Positions 4,900 through 5,665 of a DNA stretch of 5,665 nt are shown here, piece by piece. Every line of letters starts with the position of its first letter. Position 1 is the stretch's first letter. The DNA comes from a virus. The notes under the pieces were generated by a model, which worked only from the letters and a program-made list of their open reading frames with translations, did not search any database and was not told the DNA's origin. Both the position numbers and the translations under genes were made by a program. The DNA is taken from IMG/VR virus record IMGVR_UViG_3300045988_004551, positions 1-5,665 of that record. One strand, given 5' to 3'.

Positions 4900-5127
4900 A
4901 TGGAGAAAAAACTGTGGAATGCAAGAGACCAGACCGACGAGAACCTTATGCGGGAACTGACAAAGACCTACAAGGCAATAGATGCCGCGTACAAAATGGT
5001 GCGACAGGCCGCAAACATCGAAGACGCAAAGTATTATATTGACATTGCGTTTAAGAAAAAAGCATTCGCCAGTAACATTGAGGTGGAAATCCTCAGAAGG
5101 GACATCAACCATGGCAAAGAGGAGTAA
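4900..5127 (+). CDS. Hypothetical small protein, 75 aa (predicted helical)
   Basis: SD GGAGG (4889-4893) lies 6 nt upstream of ATG 4900. The 3' end overlaps the next gene by 17 nt. The product MEKKLWNARDQTDENLMRELTKTYKAIDAAYKMVRQAANIEDAKYYIDIAFKKKAFASNIEVEILRRDINHGKEE has no similarity I recognise. Confidence 0.65.
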   Translation: MEKKLWNARDQTDENLMRELTKTYKAIDAAYKMVRQAANIEDAKYYIDIAFKKKAFASNIEVEILRRDINHGKEE

Positions 5128-5230
5128 AGTTCGCAAATCCAAAGACGCGAAAATCTATAACAAGACCGCTCGAAAGACAAAGGCTATCAATCTGGGAAGC
5201 GGAGCGATGAGAGGAGGAATCCGGCTATGA
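5111..5230 (+). CDS. Small highly basic DNA-binding/packaging peptide (gokushovirus ORF8 type, phiX174 J analogue), 39 aa
   Basis: MAKRSKVRKSKDAKIYNKTARKTKAINLGSGAMRGGIRL has 13 K/R in 39 residues. The C-terminal MRGGIRL matches the conserved ending I recall for gokushovirus small basic proteins. SD-like GAAGGGA (5096-5102) lies 8 nt upstream of ATG 5111. The track's longer version (ATG 4982, 82 aa) is rejected. Confidence 0.8.
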   Translation: MAKRSKVRKSKDAKIYNKTARKTKAINLGSGAMRGGIRL

Positions 5231-5325
5231 GCGCAGTATACACAGGAGTAACAGTGGCATGCCTCGCAGCAGGCCTTGTCTTCATCGTATTCGCAATCGA
5301 CATCATCAAAGAATGGTTCAAATAA
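5227..5325 (+). CDS. Single-pass membrane micropeptide, 32 aa, absent from the ORF track
   Basis: ATG 5227-5229 overlaps the upstream stop TGA 5228-5230 (ATGA). SD GAGGAGG (5211-5217) has a 9-nt spacer. The product is MSAVYTGVTVACLAAGLVFIVFAIDIIKEWFK, a hydrophobic stretch of about 22 aa followed by a charged amphipathic tail. Its stop TAA 5323-5325 overlaps the SD AAGGAG (5324-5329) of the next gene. It fills an otherwise unexplained gap in a tightly packed genome. Confidence 0.6.
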   Translation: MSAVYTGVTVACLAAGLVFIVFAIDIIKEWFK

Positions 5326-5335
5326 GGAGAGCAGC

Positions 5336-5572
5336 ATGAACGTATACGGAATTTTCGACAACTGCGTGATGGGCTATATCACCATCTTTACCGAACGTGA
5401 CGACAAAGTGGCCGAACGCAATTTCAAAATCGCACTGACCGATGAACGAAACATCATGAGCAAGACACCGAGTGATTATCGGCTGGTACGACTGGCAAAG
5501 TTTGACGAGAAAACGGGCCTGTTTAAGAACGAAAAGGAGAACATCTTCGATGGCGTATCGCTCAGTAAGTAA
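5336..5572 (+). CDS. Conserved small non-structural protein, VP5-like (proposed phiX174 protein C analogue), 78 aa
   Basis: SD AAGGAG (5324-5329) lies 6 nt upstream of ATG 5336. The track start at 5276 has no SD and overlaps the micropeptide. The pattern VYGIFDN...F......AERNF.......N.MSKTPSDYRLVRLAKFDEKTGLF resembles the small conserved gokushovirus protein I recall (..P.DY.L..iG.FD..TG.f). The functional label is from memory only. Confidence 0.6.
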   Translation: MNVYGIFDNCVMGYITIFTERDDKVAERNFKIALTDERNIMSKTPSDYRLVRLAKFDEKTGLFKNEKENIFDGVSLSK

Positions 5573-5665
5573 CTTCAGGGAAACCGCAACAGCAAAGGCC
5601 ACCGAAGCCGGAGAGACCGTGAGGCGCACATACCTCTGGGAACTCAACGAGAAAGGCGAAAAGGT
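5550..5665 (+). CDS. VP3: Internal scaffolding protein VP3, 5' portion (runs off the window end; continues at base 1 of the circle)
   Basis: ATG 5550 has SD AAGGAG (5534-5539) and a 10-nt spacer, the same spacing as VP1. An in-frame TGA lies upstream at 5457-5459. It overlaps the VP5-like gene's 3' end by 23 nt. From 5567 onward it duplicates 1..99. Confidence 0.8.
   Translation, partial: MAYRSVSNFRETATAKATEAGETVRRTYLWELNEKGEK
5567..5665. repeat. Terminal direct repeat, copy 2 (identical to 1..99)
   Basis: 99/99 identity to 1..99, read directly. Confidence 0.95.

Noticed and set aside
4982-5110. Long version (82 aa from ATG 4982) of the basic peptide gene
   Set aside because: The upstream 43 codons lie entirely within the 75-aa ORF in another frame and have no SD. 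The internal ATG 5111 gives the family-typical size of about 40 aa and has an SD-like element.
4810-5647. Minus-strand ORFs 4810..5142 (110 aa), 5155..5361 (68 aa) and 5318..5647 (109 aa)
   Set aside because: Each is antisense to + strand ORFs that have proper SDs and coupled junctions. The minus-strand ORFs have no SD and give Cys/Phe/Leu-rich odd translations.

Overview
This window is a complete, circularly permuted genome of a gokushovirus-like ssDNA phage (Microviridae), not a bacterial chromosome segment. Bases 1-99 are identical to 5567-5665, so the unit genome is 5566 nt and the window closes on itself. All credible genes are on the + strand. They are tightly packed, with ATGA or TAA-ATG junctions and strong AGGAGG-type Shine-Dalgarno (SD) sites. 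Gene order around the circle: internal scaffolding protein VP3 (spans the junction, 5550..5566 joined to 1..463); major capsid protein VP1 (460..2124); a GC hairpin; pilot/minor capsid protein VP2 (2166..2972); HUH replication initiator VP4 (2973..3992); a strong intrinsic terminator; and a ~510-nt non-coding control region (3993..4503). After the control region comes an accessory block of small ORFs (61 aa, a possible 27-36 aa, 75 aa). It is followed by a 39-aa very basic J/ORF8-like peptide (5111..5230), a 32-aa single-pass membrane peptide absent from the ORF track (5227..5325), and a VP5-like small protein (5336..5572). The most unusual content is the non-coding region. It holds a 14-bp hairpin with a nested palindrome, an alternating CG/CA (Z-DNA-prone) tract, eight same-orientation TGTTGA(A/T) iterons including three tandem 9-mers, an operator-like palindrome, a GC-rich nested hairpin and a near-consensus promoter. 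A second near-consensus promoter lies about 240 nt further downstream (4686..4714), overlapping the stop codon of the 61-aa ORF. I read this as a candidate replication-origin/regulatory module, but that is inference. Family assignments rest on motifs I recognise from memory, not on any search. Nothing here looks like a defence system, CRISPR array, tRNA or transposon.
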